DNA of 64,000 bases, taken from assembly GCA_964036045.1 (NCBI GenBank), contig OZ038379.1, forward strand, positions 15,996,001-16,060,000, given 5' to 3'. This DNA is from Eutreptiella sp. 'Long Island Sound 2002' (lineage: Eukaryota > Protista > Euglenida). Below the pieces are notes generated by a model. It was not told where the DNA came from, did not search any database, and worked only from the letters and a program-made list of their open reading frames with translations. Numbering within the stretch: the first letter of the stretch is position 1; each line of letters begins with the position of its first letter. Below, in pieces: positions 24,379 to 36,794 of the stretch. The position numbers were made by a program, and so were the translations under genes.

Positions 24379-24850
24379 GCATTGCACATGGCATTTTAAT
24401 TGGTTTCTGGTGTAATTGACACCACACGATTCTACCAAGCAAGAAGTATGTTTCTACTTGCACCCGCACACAGCATTGCACATGGCATTTTAATTGGTTT
24501 CTGGTGTAATTGACACCACACGATTCTACCAAGCAAGAAGTATGTTTCTACTTGCACCCGCACACAGCATGGCACATGGCATTTTAATTGGTTTCTGGTG
24601 TAATTGACACCACACGATTCTACCAAGCAAGAAGTATGTTTCTACTTGCACCCGCACACAGCATGGCACATGGCATTTTAATTGGTTTCTGGTGTAATTG
24701 ACACCACATGATTCTACCAAGCAAGAAGTATGTTTCTACTTGCACCCGCACACAGCATGGCACATGGCATTTTAATTGGTTTCTGGTGTAATTGACACCA
24801 CATGATTCTACCAAGCAAGAAGTATGTTTCTACTTGCACCCGCACACAGC
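24379..24850. repeat. Tandem array of five near-identical 94-bp units
   Basis: Unit gcat(t/g)gcacatggcattttaattggtttctggtgtaattgacaccaca(c/t)gattctaccaagcaagaagtatgtttctacttgcacccgcacaca starts at 24379, 24473, 24567, 24661 and 24755. Confidence 0.95.
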
Positions 24851-25963
24851 CGTCCAAGCGGCATAACAGGTGTTGCACGATCTGTACTCTGTTGCATTAG
24901 CAGCAGGAAAGGTAGTCTTGGAGGTAAAGTCGCCAGCCGACACATTGCACCGTGTTTATGAGAATATGCAGCCCAGCTCTCGTTTGAATTGCTGGGTATC
25001 TCTGAAGAGCACTTTTTGATACAGGTGCCGGGTTACCCCCCCCTTGGAGTTGATACTATGGTGCCGTCATTTTGACCTTTTTGGCAATGCATGTGTGACA
25101 TTCTCTAAGATCCTCTCCTGAGATTTGTTCATGTTGTACGTGGCAGTGTGGGTCATTTAGTCATTCAGACACAAATGTATGCTGCAGGCGATCATGTTGG
25201 CACCACTCTCGCAGCAAGGGTGGCCGACTGTTGGCTACTGTTATTGTTCTCCTCCCCACTGGACCTGGGTTCTTGCACATTCAGCACAAGGGTGCCAGTC
25301 ACAAGGTTGTGGACCACACAGAAGCAAAGTTATGTCAGTTGGAGGTAGTGCAGGTTGCATCTCCCAGAACACCGGCATCTGCTGGTGACAGTCCTTCTGC
25401 CAAACCAGCGGCACCTACAGCGGCACCGCAGGCACCACAGGACACTCCATACTTTGCAGAATCGTTGTTTGCGAGCACTGCGCATGCTTCTTTGCCCAGA
25501 GCTTTTTCTCATCTTATCTTATCTGAGTATGCACATCCCGTATGTTGTTCGTGTCATATATTATGGATCATGTGGACATAGGGAGGTTCCAGCTGCGGGA
25601 CTCGTTCCAACCAGCAGCCTTCTGCGCCGAACAGGTAACCCTATTCGTAACCTGCACAGAGGCCTGTCTACGGCCATTTGAACTGCTACATGCACGCTCA
25701 GCGGACACTTGGTGGAACAGTGGTTTCGGTGAAAAGAGATTGCATTTATGGATCATTTGGATCGCTGACATCAGAAGACTCTGAAGGACAACCGGCTTCC
25801 TGTGCACCCCAAGTGGCCGCTCGGCTCAGCGGAATTGTCGGACATGACGCCAAGCCCACATGCGGATCTCCTGGCAGGTTTCGGAGTTGAGCGCAGTGTT
25901 CCACGCTTCTGAAGACGATTTGGGAACGAATCAGAGGGGTGTAAACCCAACCCAGTCTCTGTT

Positions 25964-26364
25964 TCACCCTCACTCTCTCAATCCCCTGACGTCCAAAATT
26001 CTAGCGAAAGACTCGGGTTGTCCAATATGTTGGCAGAACGGAAAAGGGTTGGTTCTCTTCCAAGACCGGCACGAAGCGCCAGGTCGATTCAGCCGGCCGA
26101 GGACCTGTCGCCACCGGGTCGCCTCCCGCAACTGGTCGCTGTTGTAGGACTGGCCTGATGCAGAGAGCAAGTGGTTGGCCCCTCTGGTCTCGTTCATGTC
26201 TCGGACGGTTGTCTGCACTCTGCTGATCCTGGGCTGCCCATTCAACGCCGATTGAACTGCAGGTCACCGACCTGGCAGAGACAACCCCCCTCCCCGCCCG
26301 ATTGGGCAATTTTTGTGGCGTCGGGGACCTCCCGGTCCAAGCGGAGATGACGATGCGCTTCTGT
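25964..26364. repeat. 401-bp direct repeat, copy B
   Basis: Matches 22763-23163; only two substitutions seen. Confidence 0.9.
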
Positions 26365-29329
26365 GGGTATACATGGTCAGCAGGGAACGGCAACAGAAGT
26401 AGGCCCACCACTCTTCATCAATCATGCAGTTGTTACCTGCTTCCTTTCTTTGCTTGGCAGTACATTTGTTGAGTTACTTGCACTGCTATGGAATATACCA
26501 GCCACCTTGCCATTGTCATTGTCATTGTCATTGTCCAAGGAAGCAAAGGCATTAAGGCATGTTGTGTCACTGCCCTGTGAAATGGCCAGCTGCCTGCGTT
26601 CATGTCAATGTCACCTCAAAAATGGCCATCAGTGCCCCCACATCCTGCGCTCTATGCCCCCTGCCTGCCAAGCCAGGCTCGTTGGGCCTGCCGAGCTCGG
26701 CATGCCCCCTTGTCTTCTGATGGGACGTTGCATGTTTGTGCTTACCATGGCTCGAAGAGAATCCTTTGTAATTGCCTGCATGCGGGTTCCGTTGGATTGG
26801 TTCTCCCGCAGATTTGGTGATGGTGGCGGCTTGTTGGGAGTGGGCCATTCATGCAAAAGGACAGAAGTACCCAATGCTGAAAACGGCACGAACGGCTCAA
26901 AGCGGAAACAGCCAACACCATGGGAACGGAAACAGCACAACCAGCAAGGAAATACAACAACGAGCGCAGGAACATCAACCCCAGTACCACACTCGACAGC
27001 AGGCTGTTGGCATTGTGCGCAAAGGGTTTTCTGCCTCGCATAGGCCGACATGTACGATCACTGTGGTCCATGGCGTTTGCTATGAAACCGCTTGCTTGCT
27101 TCGGGGACTGGACTCCAGCTATCAGCGGTGAGCGCAGACGAAAAGGAATGGTTGTTTTCTGTCTCCGTTTCGCGGGCACATTGAGCGCAGCAGATTCCTG
27201 TCGCCATTTATTTGTAAGTGTATCTGTTTCCTTCAACAGAATCTCAGCGTCGCATTCTTGAATACAGAGCTGAACATGATAATAAATTGCTTTCTTATGA
27301 TGCTGATAAGCGGCTGTGAGTTTGTTTTTTGTCTGATGCCAGACTGTCTTTTGCACTCGTTCAGGAAATTGCCCATTGTAGTGCACACGCAACCACTGAA
27401 TGGCCTAAAGGGCGTGTGGCAGCTCAGCTGTTCTCGACTGTGCACATATTGAGACCGAGCCGATACAACACCCTGTCAATGCACGAATCCTGCAGGGCGA
27501 AGGCTCTCCTGTTTTACATTGTGCATGTGATCCCAGAATGTCTTAGCACTTTTGAAAAAGGGTCGGTCCAGAAACCCTTCAGAAGGGAAGTGCAGACAGT
27601 CAGAAAAAAAAGGCAGTCGTTCAGCAAAACACGCCACAATTGGCACGCAGCCATTTTAGCGATTTCCCTGTTTGCCACATTTGCTGTTGGAGACGGCCCA
27701 ACTGTCGCTTTTTCTGCAAAGCATCCCGGGCAGGTTGCGAATTTTTTTTCGTCCTTCAAATTTCTTGTTGACAAACAGCTTCGAGTGAAGTGCAAGTGCT
27801 AATGTATTCGATTCGTACTGGCGTGTATCTAGGATGCCCACGATCTTTTTGCGGAAGCAGATGTGTATAGCACTGGAGTCGGCCTGGAATGCCACGCACA
27901 TCATGTGTGTCAACCCTTGTACACAACTATTGTCTGCAGTTAGTATAGCGCAGCGGGGTAACGAAAGTTCTGCCACCGGGCCCCCAGCACCCCCCCCCCC
28001 CCCTGTCCTGCTTCCCCTCCTCCCTCCTCCCCTCCTTAGCCTTTTATAATTTAAAGGCGGGGGTACATCACTACACAAGGCTTTCCTCCAGCTTCCTGCA
28101 CTTTCATCAGCAGTAGCACAGGTGACTGACTACCGCTACCACCTTTCTTATGTATAAGACAGCATCATACCAATAAATTGGGGACCACTGCCATATCTGG
28201 ATTCTGTGCTTCTACAATTTTTCGCCAGCAGCAATGGGCGAATCCCACCTTACAGACTTAGCAACCACATGCACAGGATCCAACATGGCATGTTCCTGGT
28301 ATGATCATTTATAAAAGTCACCAGCTACGATGGTCTCATGACCGTCCCCTTGGATGTATCACATGGGTCCAAATGGCATGGCAGGCCAGTTCGGCACTGC
28401 CACTTTTCTGAAGTTGTCACATCTGATGTTCTTAAGTTGTCACATCTGATATTTGTTTTGATGCCTGTGTGGACATTTGGGAGGTAACCTGAAGTTCGGC
28501 ACACATCAGCTGTGCTGTGCTGGATGCAAAGCACAGGAAAGAAGAACCAATTAGGCAAACCTTTGTTGCTGTTCAGAAACAACATTGCCTGGGTTGTCAT
28601 TGAAAGTGATGATTTGTGGGAGAACATTTCAGTGAATCAACACAGATTGTTTGTGTACTGACACTTTGCCATTTCTGGTTTCCGAAATTGAATTACATGC
28701 TGTAGCACATTCCAGGGAGAGGGTTTTTGGAGACAAAGGCCACAGGTTTGCTACATACAAGATGATGGGCTTTTGGAGACAAAGGCCACAGGTTTGCTAC
28801 ATGCAAGATGATGGGCTGGTTCTGCAAATTGCTCCTCAACTGGCTAATGCAGAAACTGCGCTATGCAAGAAGCAACTGACACTGTATTATAATTGGTTGC
28901 AACTCCACCTGTGCCCAACCCACACTTGCGCTTCTTCTGTGTGCCAGAAGCATGTGGCATGTCTCAAATTTAGTGGTTGAAATCATGGTGTGCAAGAGGC
29001 AAAGGGCAACAAGCAAGAGCTCTGTGGAGAACCATCTTGCTGCAAAATACTATTAATACTATCTTTGTTAAAAAAGCAACAAGGTAAAAGGAGGCCACAA
29101 CCACAAACGAAGCCACAAAGGGGGCGCACCGCCAGGGTTCTAGTTCACCTTAGCCGACACTGTGTATCCTCTACACGCCATAGGTGATCAGGTGCAGGCA
29201 CCGATCTGCCCCACTAACACAGGTGTATCACAAACATGTACATACAAGATGGGATTGTACTGCATGTGAGTGGCGCCACCGGTCAGCCCCAATTACCGGA
29301 TCAACACTACACTGGAACTAAGGCTGAAA

Positions 29330-30520
29330 GTGCCTATGGCGGGGGCATTCAGTCAATGAGATACCGACCATCAACCCCCCTTGACGCACGGTGGCCTCGC
29401 TAGCTTTTGGAATGGAAGAACGGGCGTACTTGTTCGCGTCATGGGTAGCACCAATAGTATACTTGATGGCGCAGGCGTATGCGCCGAGGGAACATGGCAT
29501 TGCGCAGCTCAATATGGTGCACCGGGTGGCAATGGATTTAACCACATGGCATCTCCCCATGCCCATTGTGGCACTACCGGTGTCGAAGGTGGGGCTGGGG
29601 CAGGTCTGGCTGGGAATGTATGTTCAATGGGTCCACAATCACACCTTCGTGCAGTCACTACTGCGACTAGCATCGGTCATAGAGGTGCATGCAGGACCCT
29701 TTCGGAGGTGGGCAAGTGGGGTGGGGCTGGTGATGGAGCCTGCATGTCTGCCGTATCTGCAGCTAGCCCCGATCTCGTGACCTAACTCATCCTTCTTGCA
29801 AGGCAGTGTGAAGGCGTATTCGGTGGTACGGAGGGGGGCGGGAGTGCCCCCCCCCTCCCTTGCGGGACTTGCTCAACTTGCGATTTGGCACTCGGTGTTT
29901 TTTAGGAATGGAATGTGGCTCTCCTATCTTTCTCCGGTGTTGCTTAAGCGGGGGGTCATGCAATGGATGGACTTGGTGCAGGGGAGGACAATGCCAAAAC
30001 AGCTGAAATGTCACATTGCTCCCACGTGGAGGGCGGTGTATGCGGAGTCAGTGAAGACGGTAGCCAATATGTATCGGCCTAATTACGAGGCTCCGCCATC
30101 CCCGCCGGTTGACCAGTGGGGGCAGCAATGGACTTGACAACGAACGCTGTTGTTCATGCGGCAGCGCACGTGCCTTGCGGTGCAACAGCCACCTGAGGTA
30201 TGGCGTGTCTTCAATAATCGGTTTTTGCCAAAATGCGATTTAGATTTTATAAGACATGTGCTCTGGAGGAAACTGCCAGTAGGAGTGTGACAAGAGCATA
30301 TGGGGGGAAAGATGTGTCCATTGAATGGGTGGGTGGAAAATCATGCACATGTCCTGAAAAACTGCCATTTCTCCATTGTGGTGTTTGACACTGTGCGCTG
30401 GGCGTTTGGTTTGGTGACCTCTGGGAGGCGGCAAGTCGAACTCACTGGCCAGTTCCAAAAAAACGTCAGCGTCATATTGCACAAGAACCACCCGAACGTG
30501 GAAAGCAGCCTGCAACAAGG
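29330..30520 (+). mobile_element. Decayed L1/Tx1-like LINE, post-RT region including a zinc-finger-like motif
   Basis: Frames read YLFASWVAPIVYL...IVALPVSKVGLG...LAQLAIWHSVFFRNG...PVLLKRGVMQWMDLV...CPLNGWVENHAHVLKNCHFS, typical of the non-LTR ORF2 C-terminal half. Interrupted by stops. Confidence 0.6.
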
Positions 30521-31809
30521 ATGATGGGTAACATGTGTAGCTGTTCAAGATGATGTGGGACTGCAAGAGAAAGTTTTACACTGTACCTGTTCAGAAGAAG
30601 GGGCAGGCAGAAAACTTCCCTTTGAAAGACTAACACCCTTGTCCAAGCAACAGTAAGTGTTGTTTCCGCAACTTTTTGAACCATATCCTATTTTGCCCTT
30701 TCTCAACCCCCCCCCCCCTGTTAGAGCAATAGTTTGTGCTGCAGTGCAGCAAGGCAAAACAATGAACTGAAAGTAGTGGGTATGACCATATGCCTGTGTC
30801 ACGGGGGTGTATGCGAGCTCAGTATCTGTTGCTCATGGCCTGTTAGAGCAACAGCAGGAGTTGTTTCCGTCAAATTTTGGGTTTTTAGTGTTGCTTTGGC
30901 AAGGGGGGGAGGTATGTGAAAACTGAAAACATTTACCAAGTGACCCACACCTGTGGTGGGATACTGCCCACCAAGCAATATGGGCGGGGCGTTTACCTAC
31001 AGACATGACCCCGCCCCCCCCTCTTGAATGGAATCTGTTGGTTACCCTCCCCCCTGTTTTGTCCTAACATCGGCTGGTCCAGACATGGTGACCCCGTGTT
31101 TCTGCACTTTTGGGGCTTTCCTTTGAACCACTGTTTTTGGTTCCAATCCAATTGAGATTGTGGTTTGTACCTTTGTGTAGGCTGCAGCAAGGGTCAATAT
31201 GGGTGTCAAAGTGTTTGTTTAGGTGTAATTCCATGTGCTCTTGTGTTCTGGGGTGTATGTTGGCATGTTGGACACCCTTTTGTAGTCATGAAGGGGTAGG
31301 GTTGGCTTATGTCTGTAGCATGTGTTCTGTGATACGTGCTGTGCAGTACCACGGGCTTGTCCAAACACGGTGACCCCCGTGTTTCCATCTTTTTAAGTTT
31401 GCCCCCTAAACCAGGACCTGGCCCATGTTAGGATAAGGCCGGGGGGTAACAAGAGTTGGGTCATTTGTGCTCAAGTTTTGCCCACATGGGTGGGCCTTTC
31501 CAGAAGTCACAAAATTGTCATCTTGCCTTTGAGGTCTTGGCCTATTGTTGGTTGGTTTGATTGTATGAGCAAGATTTGGATAAAACAGGTGTATCATTTA
31601 CACGTGACCCGCAGTATGTCATGTACACCAGGGGTCCCATGGCCCCAAAGTAAAGCTTCGCAAGCTTATGCTGATGGAGCACCTGTGAAGCATGTGAAAA
31701 ACTGCCAAGTACTAGCTGGGTTTATGGTGGTGCAGTTGCATAAGGACAGTACAGCTGCAGTCATCAAGCATTTCAAGGCTCAAGGGGAACATCACACCGT
31801 GATGGAAGG

Positions 31810-32340
31810 GCCGTGAAAGTTCTTGGGCAGGGGTCAATGGCAAACATGACGCAAGTAGGAGAGTGGACGGGGTCCATGTTTGGACCCACTTCTGATGATG
31901 ACACTGCAAATGGTTTGTGCACGGGCAGAACAGGATTGGGGAACAAGTATACATGGATCTTGCAGCGGCCACAAAGCGAAGGTCAGATGTGCTACTACTC
32001 CAAGAGGCGCATTTCAAAAGAGTGGTGGGCTGGCATATGCAAGATTTGGAGCAGGAGGTAGCAGGGCATGGGCTCCAGGTAGTCCGGGTGTGTCTGGGTG
32101 CTGGTTACTAATTTTTGTGGATTTGAGTTGTGCCTCTGGCAGTGGAGGCAACAGCTGAGGGCACAAAATGGACTAGATTGGGGAGTTTCCAAGTCAAGCA
32201 TCTTATCTGTTTCCCGCACCTTTGGGGAGCATTCAGTGCAGTGTGCGTGGTGCATGTGTGATGCAGGGTTGAATTGGAGTGGCGCTTGCGAGTGTTGTGG
32301 GTCAAAATCAGCCATCAATGAGTAGTCAAGGGAAATACTC
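31810..32340 (+). mobile_element. Decayed LINE APE endonuclease fragment
   Basis: The APE-type motif SDVLLLQEAHF is present; the surrounding frames are broken. Confidence 0.45.
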
Positions 32341-33099
32341 CCAAAAGGTGTGTTCAGTGTGCACACAGTGCTGACCCTGACACTTTCATTGGACTGATGT
32401 AGTCTGGCATGGGGTCAGGACCATGCTGGATATCTAAAAAACCTGACATCACGACCCGAGGTGCTTTTCATGCAGACAAAAACAGGGTGTTCTTTGGGAA
32501 AGCACTTCCGAAACGTGTGCAAACAGCTCTCTCTAAGACGAGCCTCCAATTTTCCATTGATCCCTCCTCGGAATTTCGTTCAGATTTCACGAATCTCCAA
32601 AATCAGGCTCCCCGTCCTATCACTTCTTTTATATTGCGCAAAGTTCAGAATGGACACCTGATTTTTTTCTGGTTTGGGGTATGGCATTAATGTTACCGCT
32701 GTCAATTTTGGTGCAGGTGCCTGTTGTGTGTCCAGTTATTAAAAATGACATCGGTTCATCACCTGCACCTTTGCATGCCCGAAACCATTCTTGGGACTGT
32801 GACCAGCGTCTGTTGGTCCAACAGCTTGTTGGACGGACATGCGAAGAGGAAACGACGAGTTTTTGTATGGGAATCCGTGATGGAACCGCCTGCCACTGTG
32901 CCACTGTGCGCCCTTGCTTAGCATTGTCACTCATTTTCAGCAAATGGTGCTGCATTCCAAGGGTGTTTGCAGACAGGTCAGGTAATGTCTGTCCCACAAG
33001 GCATTTGCCCTCAATACTCCTACTTCGGCCTGGGGAAATCCGCACGTTGTACACATGATAGTACTCGTAATCGCCTCTCCAATACTTTCTTTGTGCTCC

Positions 33100-33117
33100 A
33101 GTGTCGATTTTTCTTCG
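33100..33117 (+). promoter_or_regulatory. Relict (genomically fixed, decayed) spliced-leader 3' part; probable current trans-splice acceptor region
   Basis: AGTGTCGATTTTTCTTCG versus SL AGTGTCTATTTTTTTTCG is 16/18 identical and ends 13 nt before the ATG at 33131. atactttct (33082-33090) resembles the SL 5' end ACACTTTCT. Confidence 0.7.
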
Positions 33118-33130
33118 CCTTTGATCTACA

Positions 33131-34639
33131 ATGGCCAGCAACACATGTCATAGGATGTATTACACGGATCTTGAGGCAGCCACCTCTGCACCAGCTGTTA
33201 TGCCCTCTCCTCAGCACTGGTCCATCTCCCAGATTGCTGTGGCCCTCTCCGCTGTGTGTGTGGTAGGGACTGCTGCCTTTACCTTCTTTGGTTCTACATC
33301 ATCTTCAACCTCCCTCTTTACAACCCCTCCAACAGCTGCGACTACAACAGTATCCACACCAGCTGCTGCTGCACGCCTCAGGGCTCCTCCTCTGCATGCA
33401 GCTGGCCGTGGGGGGTCCATGCGTGTGGCTGGGGCTGTAGCATCCGCTGGCTTCGCAGCACCGGCTCACGCTATGGTGCATGATGATTGGGTTGCCCAAG
33501 CCTCGGCACCAGCCCCCCTTTTGGGCTTTGCTGCCACTGCAGCTGTGGCAGCTCTCGGCCTGGCCCTGTACTCAGCATTTCGTACACAGCGGCCTCAGCC
33601 TCAGCTTGCATTCGCAGGCAGCAGCACCCCGGGGCGCCCTCATACTAACTCCATGGAACCCCAGATCCCACTTGTTGCGTTGAAAGCTGAGACCACACCC
33701 CTTGAGCCGATCACTTCCGTCGAGTCACCCCCCACCGACTCCCCGACAACCCCCCTCGGTGTGGAAGTGGGCAAGTATTCCTTACAGGGTAGCAGCCGCG
33801 CGCAGAACGAGGACCGCTACGACTTAGGGGACTGCGCCAACACCCAGTTTTTGGCAGTTTTTGACGGCCACGGAGGGAATGCTGTGTCAACATGGCTGCA
33901 GAAAGAGCTGCGGCAGCGTATTGAATCGACCTTTGAAATCACCCGCCCTGACAAGTCTCTGGATCGGTGCTTCCGCCGCGCAGACAAGTTCATTTGTCAG
34001 CCGCAAAAAGGATTTCTGGGCATGGCGATGGAGAGAGGCATTGGGGGCGCCAAATGTGGATCCACTGCTGCTCTTGCCATGCTGTACGAGCAGGATGGGC
34101 AACGCAAGTTGTGCTGTGCTCACGTTGGGGACGCGCGTGTGTTGATCATCACCAAGAAAGGAGTTGATCAGTTGACCGAGGACCATGTTCCAGATCTTGA
34201 GGATGAGCGAAACCGAATCGAGTCCAAGAATCCCAATCCGTTGAACCCAATGGTCAGGTTTGAGGGCGAGACCTACCGAGTGCGGGGGATGCTGGCCCTC
34301 TCGCGTGCCTTCGGAGACGCCTACTACAAGGGCTTTTTGCAGTTCGAGGGTGTGAGTTACAAGAACACCAGGCTGGATTCCGGACACGGGGTCATTGCGG
34401 AGCCCGATGTTGAGAACATTCTCCTTGAGCCCACTGATGAGTACATCTTGGTCTGTTCGGATGGTTTGTTTGCCAATCCTGAGCGCGGAGGCGGTGGAGG
34501 GCTGAACAATGAGGACGTTGGCAAGTTGATTCACGATAATATGGACAAATCGACGGACGAGCTAGCAGAAATGCTCTGCAGGACGGCCCAAGACACAGGC
34601 AGCACTGACGACATTACAGTCTTGCTGGCGAAGCTGTAA
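33131..34639 (+). CDS. Intronless plastid-targeted PP2C/PPM phosphatase (502 aa) with a euglenid class I-type presequence
   Basis: The N-terminus has hydrophobic segment 1 (IAVALSAVCVVGTAAFTFFG), a Ser/Thr/Ala-rich transit region, hydrophobic segment 2 (LLGFAATAAVAALGLALYSAF) and then basic residues. Catalytic motifs: QNEDR, AVFDGHGG, AHVGDAR, LALSRAFGD, ILVCSDGL, TDDITV. Ends in TAA. Confidence 0.92.
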   Translation: MASNTCHRMYYTDLEAATSAPAVMPSPQHWSISQIAVALSAVCVVGTAAFTFFGSTSSSTSLFTTPPTAATTTVSTPAAAARLRAPPLHAAGRGGSMRVAGAVASAGFAAPAHAMVHDDWVAQASAPAPLLGFAATAAVAALGLALYSAFRTQRPQPQLAFAGSSTPGRPHTNSMEPQIPLVALKAETTPLEPITSVESPPTDSPTTPLGVEVGKYSLQGSSRAQNEDRYDLGDCANTQFLAVFDGHGGNAVSTWLQKELRQRIESTFEITRPDKSLDRCFRRADKFICQPQKGFLGMAMERGIGGAKCGSTAALAMLYEQDGQRKLCCAHVGDARVLIITKKGVDQLTEDHVPDLEDERNRIESKNPNPLNPMVRFEGETYRVRGMLALSRAFGDAYYKGFLQFEGVSYKNTRLDSGHGVIAEPDVENILLEPTDEYILVCSDGLFANPERGGGGGLNNEDVGKLIHDNMDKSTDELAEMLCRTAQDTGSTDDITVLLAKL

Positions 34640-36284
34640 AGTTCCTTCAGGTTCTTAGGAGCAGGCAATTGTAATGTTGTACTGCCGAATGGTGTGAGTG
34701 TAGATTGAGGTGCTGGATGCACTCTGCCGGGGGTGGAGATCTAGCTGGCATCGCTGCCGAAATGCACACCCAATCCCAGCAGTATCCACGCCGCCGTGGC
34801 ATGATTCGGATGCACCAGATGATATTTTTTTTTTCTGTCAAGCCTCTTCCTGGGGTTGGTGATACCTAAGCGCGTGGCACTAAATTCCCACTCCAGTCGA
34901 GCCTGGAGACTAGGTTGAAATAGTGACTTTACAGCTGTTTCTCTCGTTCCTCCGAAAGATGTCCTGCACACTGCATGCGTTGATGTTGTTGCTTTCGGCA
35001 TGCAGATTGTCTGGAACGATAATATTATCGCAGTGCAGTGTGCCACTGTGCTCCCACACATGTGCGGGACCACTGTGGACCGATTTTGGATGTCTGTGGA
35101 CATGTCCTAGTCCTACGCTGCACCATTTGCATTTGTGACGGACCACTGCCTGTCTAAACACCCGGCCGGACCGCACTTGTTCATATCGGTAACTCCATTT
35201 TCTGCAGCGCTCTCAGACAAAGACGTGCCGGCTACGGTGGTGGGGACGCCATGAAAAGGGGCTTGCATGCTCATATAATTGGCCGGACACCCGCCTGAAC
35301 ACAGTCCTTTTCAGCCTCCCCCACAGTCGTTCAGTGCGGAGATTGCAAGTCTTAGGACCCGGCCCGTGCTTAAGCAAGGGGGAGAGGGCACGGGCGGCAG
35401 CAGCAACGTATTCACAGCAGAAGGACGTGACCTGTGGTGCACCGCTGAGCAGAATTTAGTAGCGATACAAATCACACACGTCCATTCTTTCACCTTCCGA
35501 CCACCAAAAGAGCAGTGTGTCTGAGAGTAATGATTTGTGTGAAATATGTCGTGAGGCTATACATATCCAAACACAGTTTAAGTGTGGAGGCAACCGTCCT
35601 CTGAGATGCCGTGGGTATCCTCCTCGTGACACTTGTATTTACTTAGCAGGCTTCAACTCACTACACAATCTACGAATATTTGTTGGAGCCATCTTTGGAG
35701 CGGCAGCCCACCAAAGCACCTGAGCAGTCTGGTGCTATTCAGCATTTTTGTCTTGTCAACCTTGTGTATCATTAGCGAACCAAAGAGTTTCTTTTTTTTT
35801 TTTTTCGAAAGTGGACGGTGGGAGACCCCGTCCAGTGCTACTGATTTGCCTTGTATGACGCGACGATATGTATGATATTGTGGTCAACAGCTGCCCACTG
35901 CAAGAACCGCAGCCTACCCTTCCATCCTGTAGTGATGCTTGATTTTCATTGTCGGTGCCTCCAACAAACATGAGAGGTCTGAGGGGCAAGTACTGCACTG
36001 GCGCAGATTTGCACGGTGTCACCACGCACTTACACAGGGGGCAGCATACTTCTGGCCATCCAGAGATGCCATGTGGTGTCGTACTGTGGGGGCATATTGC
36101 GTGCTGTGCGCGCACTGTGCACAAAGTCTGTACAGGACCAGACCCAAGCTCCATAGTAGTGCCTAGTACCAGTAACAATGAGTCTTGTTGTGCATTTGTA
36201 TGAGTTCCCTGCATGCCTAGCCCTCATTTCTAGTGCATTTGTGTGTGTTGTTGTGCATGTCACTCAAAAAGGGTACCCATTTTG

Positions 36285-36790
36285 GTGTGTCGGGCGTAAG
36301 TCACTTATTTTTTTTTTGGTGTAAGTTGCTTATTTTTTTTTTAGGCGTAAGTCGAGTGTGGGGAAAAAAAACTTCAAAATGTATGGCATGTGACATACAC
36401 TTTTTTTGTGACACGACCTATCCCCAGAAAAAGAATTACGTGACTTGCGCCTTTTTTTTTTTTTTTTTTGAAAAAAAGTGAGTTACCCTTTTTTTTTAAA
36501 CACAAAAGTGAGTTACGCTTTTTTTGATACACGACCTACTGCAAAAAAAAGATAGCGAATTACGTTTTTTTTTAAACACGCGAGTTACACCTTTTTTGTA
36601 ACGCGACCTCCACTTTCTTTGATACACGACCTGCAGCAAAAAAAGCAAGTTACGCCCTCTAAAAAAAAAAAGCGAGTTACACTTTTTTTGTTACGCCACC
36701 TACACTTTTTTTTGATACACGACAAACTGCAAAAAAAGTTTGAGATTTATGCTTTTTAAAACAACCGTGATGTTCCCCCCAAAAACAAAA
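36285..36790. repeat. Degenerate short-period repeat (gttacgc/acgcgac cores separated by A/T runs); a related inverted block lies at 39730-39885
   Basis: The revcomp of about 36310-36370 (ttttccccacactcgacttacgcc...gcaacttacaccaaaaaaaa) matches about 39735-39795 (ttttccccactcgcgac...gcaacttacaccaaaaaaaa). Confidence 0.6.
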
Positions 36791-36794
36791 AAAA

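Noticed and set aside
24379-24850. CRISPR-like array
   Set aside because: Units are head-to-tail and nearly identical with no unique spacers, and no cas genes are present; the context is eukaryotic.
35784-35807. SL-like string gagtttc(t)14cg
   Set aside because: Mostly a T-run; two mismatches plus extra Ts, and no downstream ORF, poly(A) or TSD.
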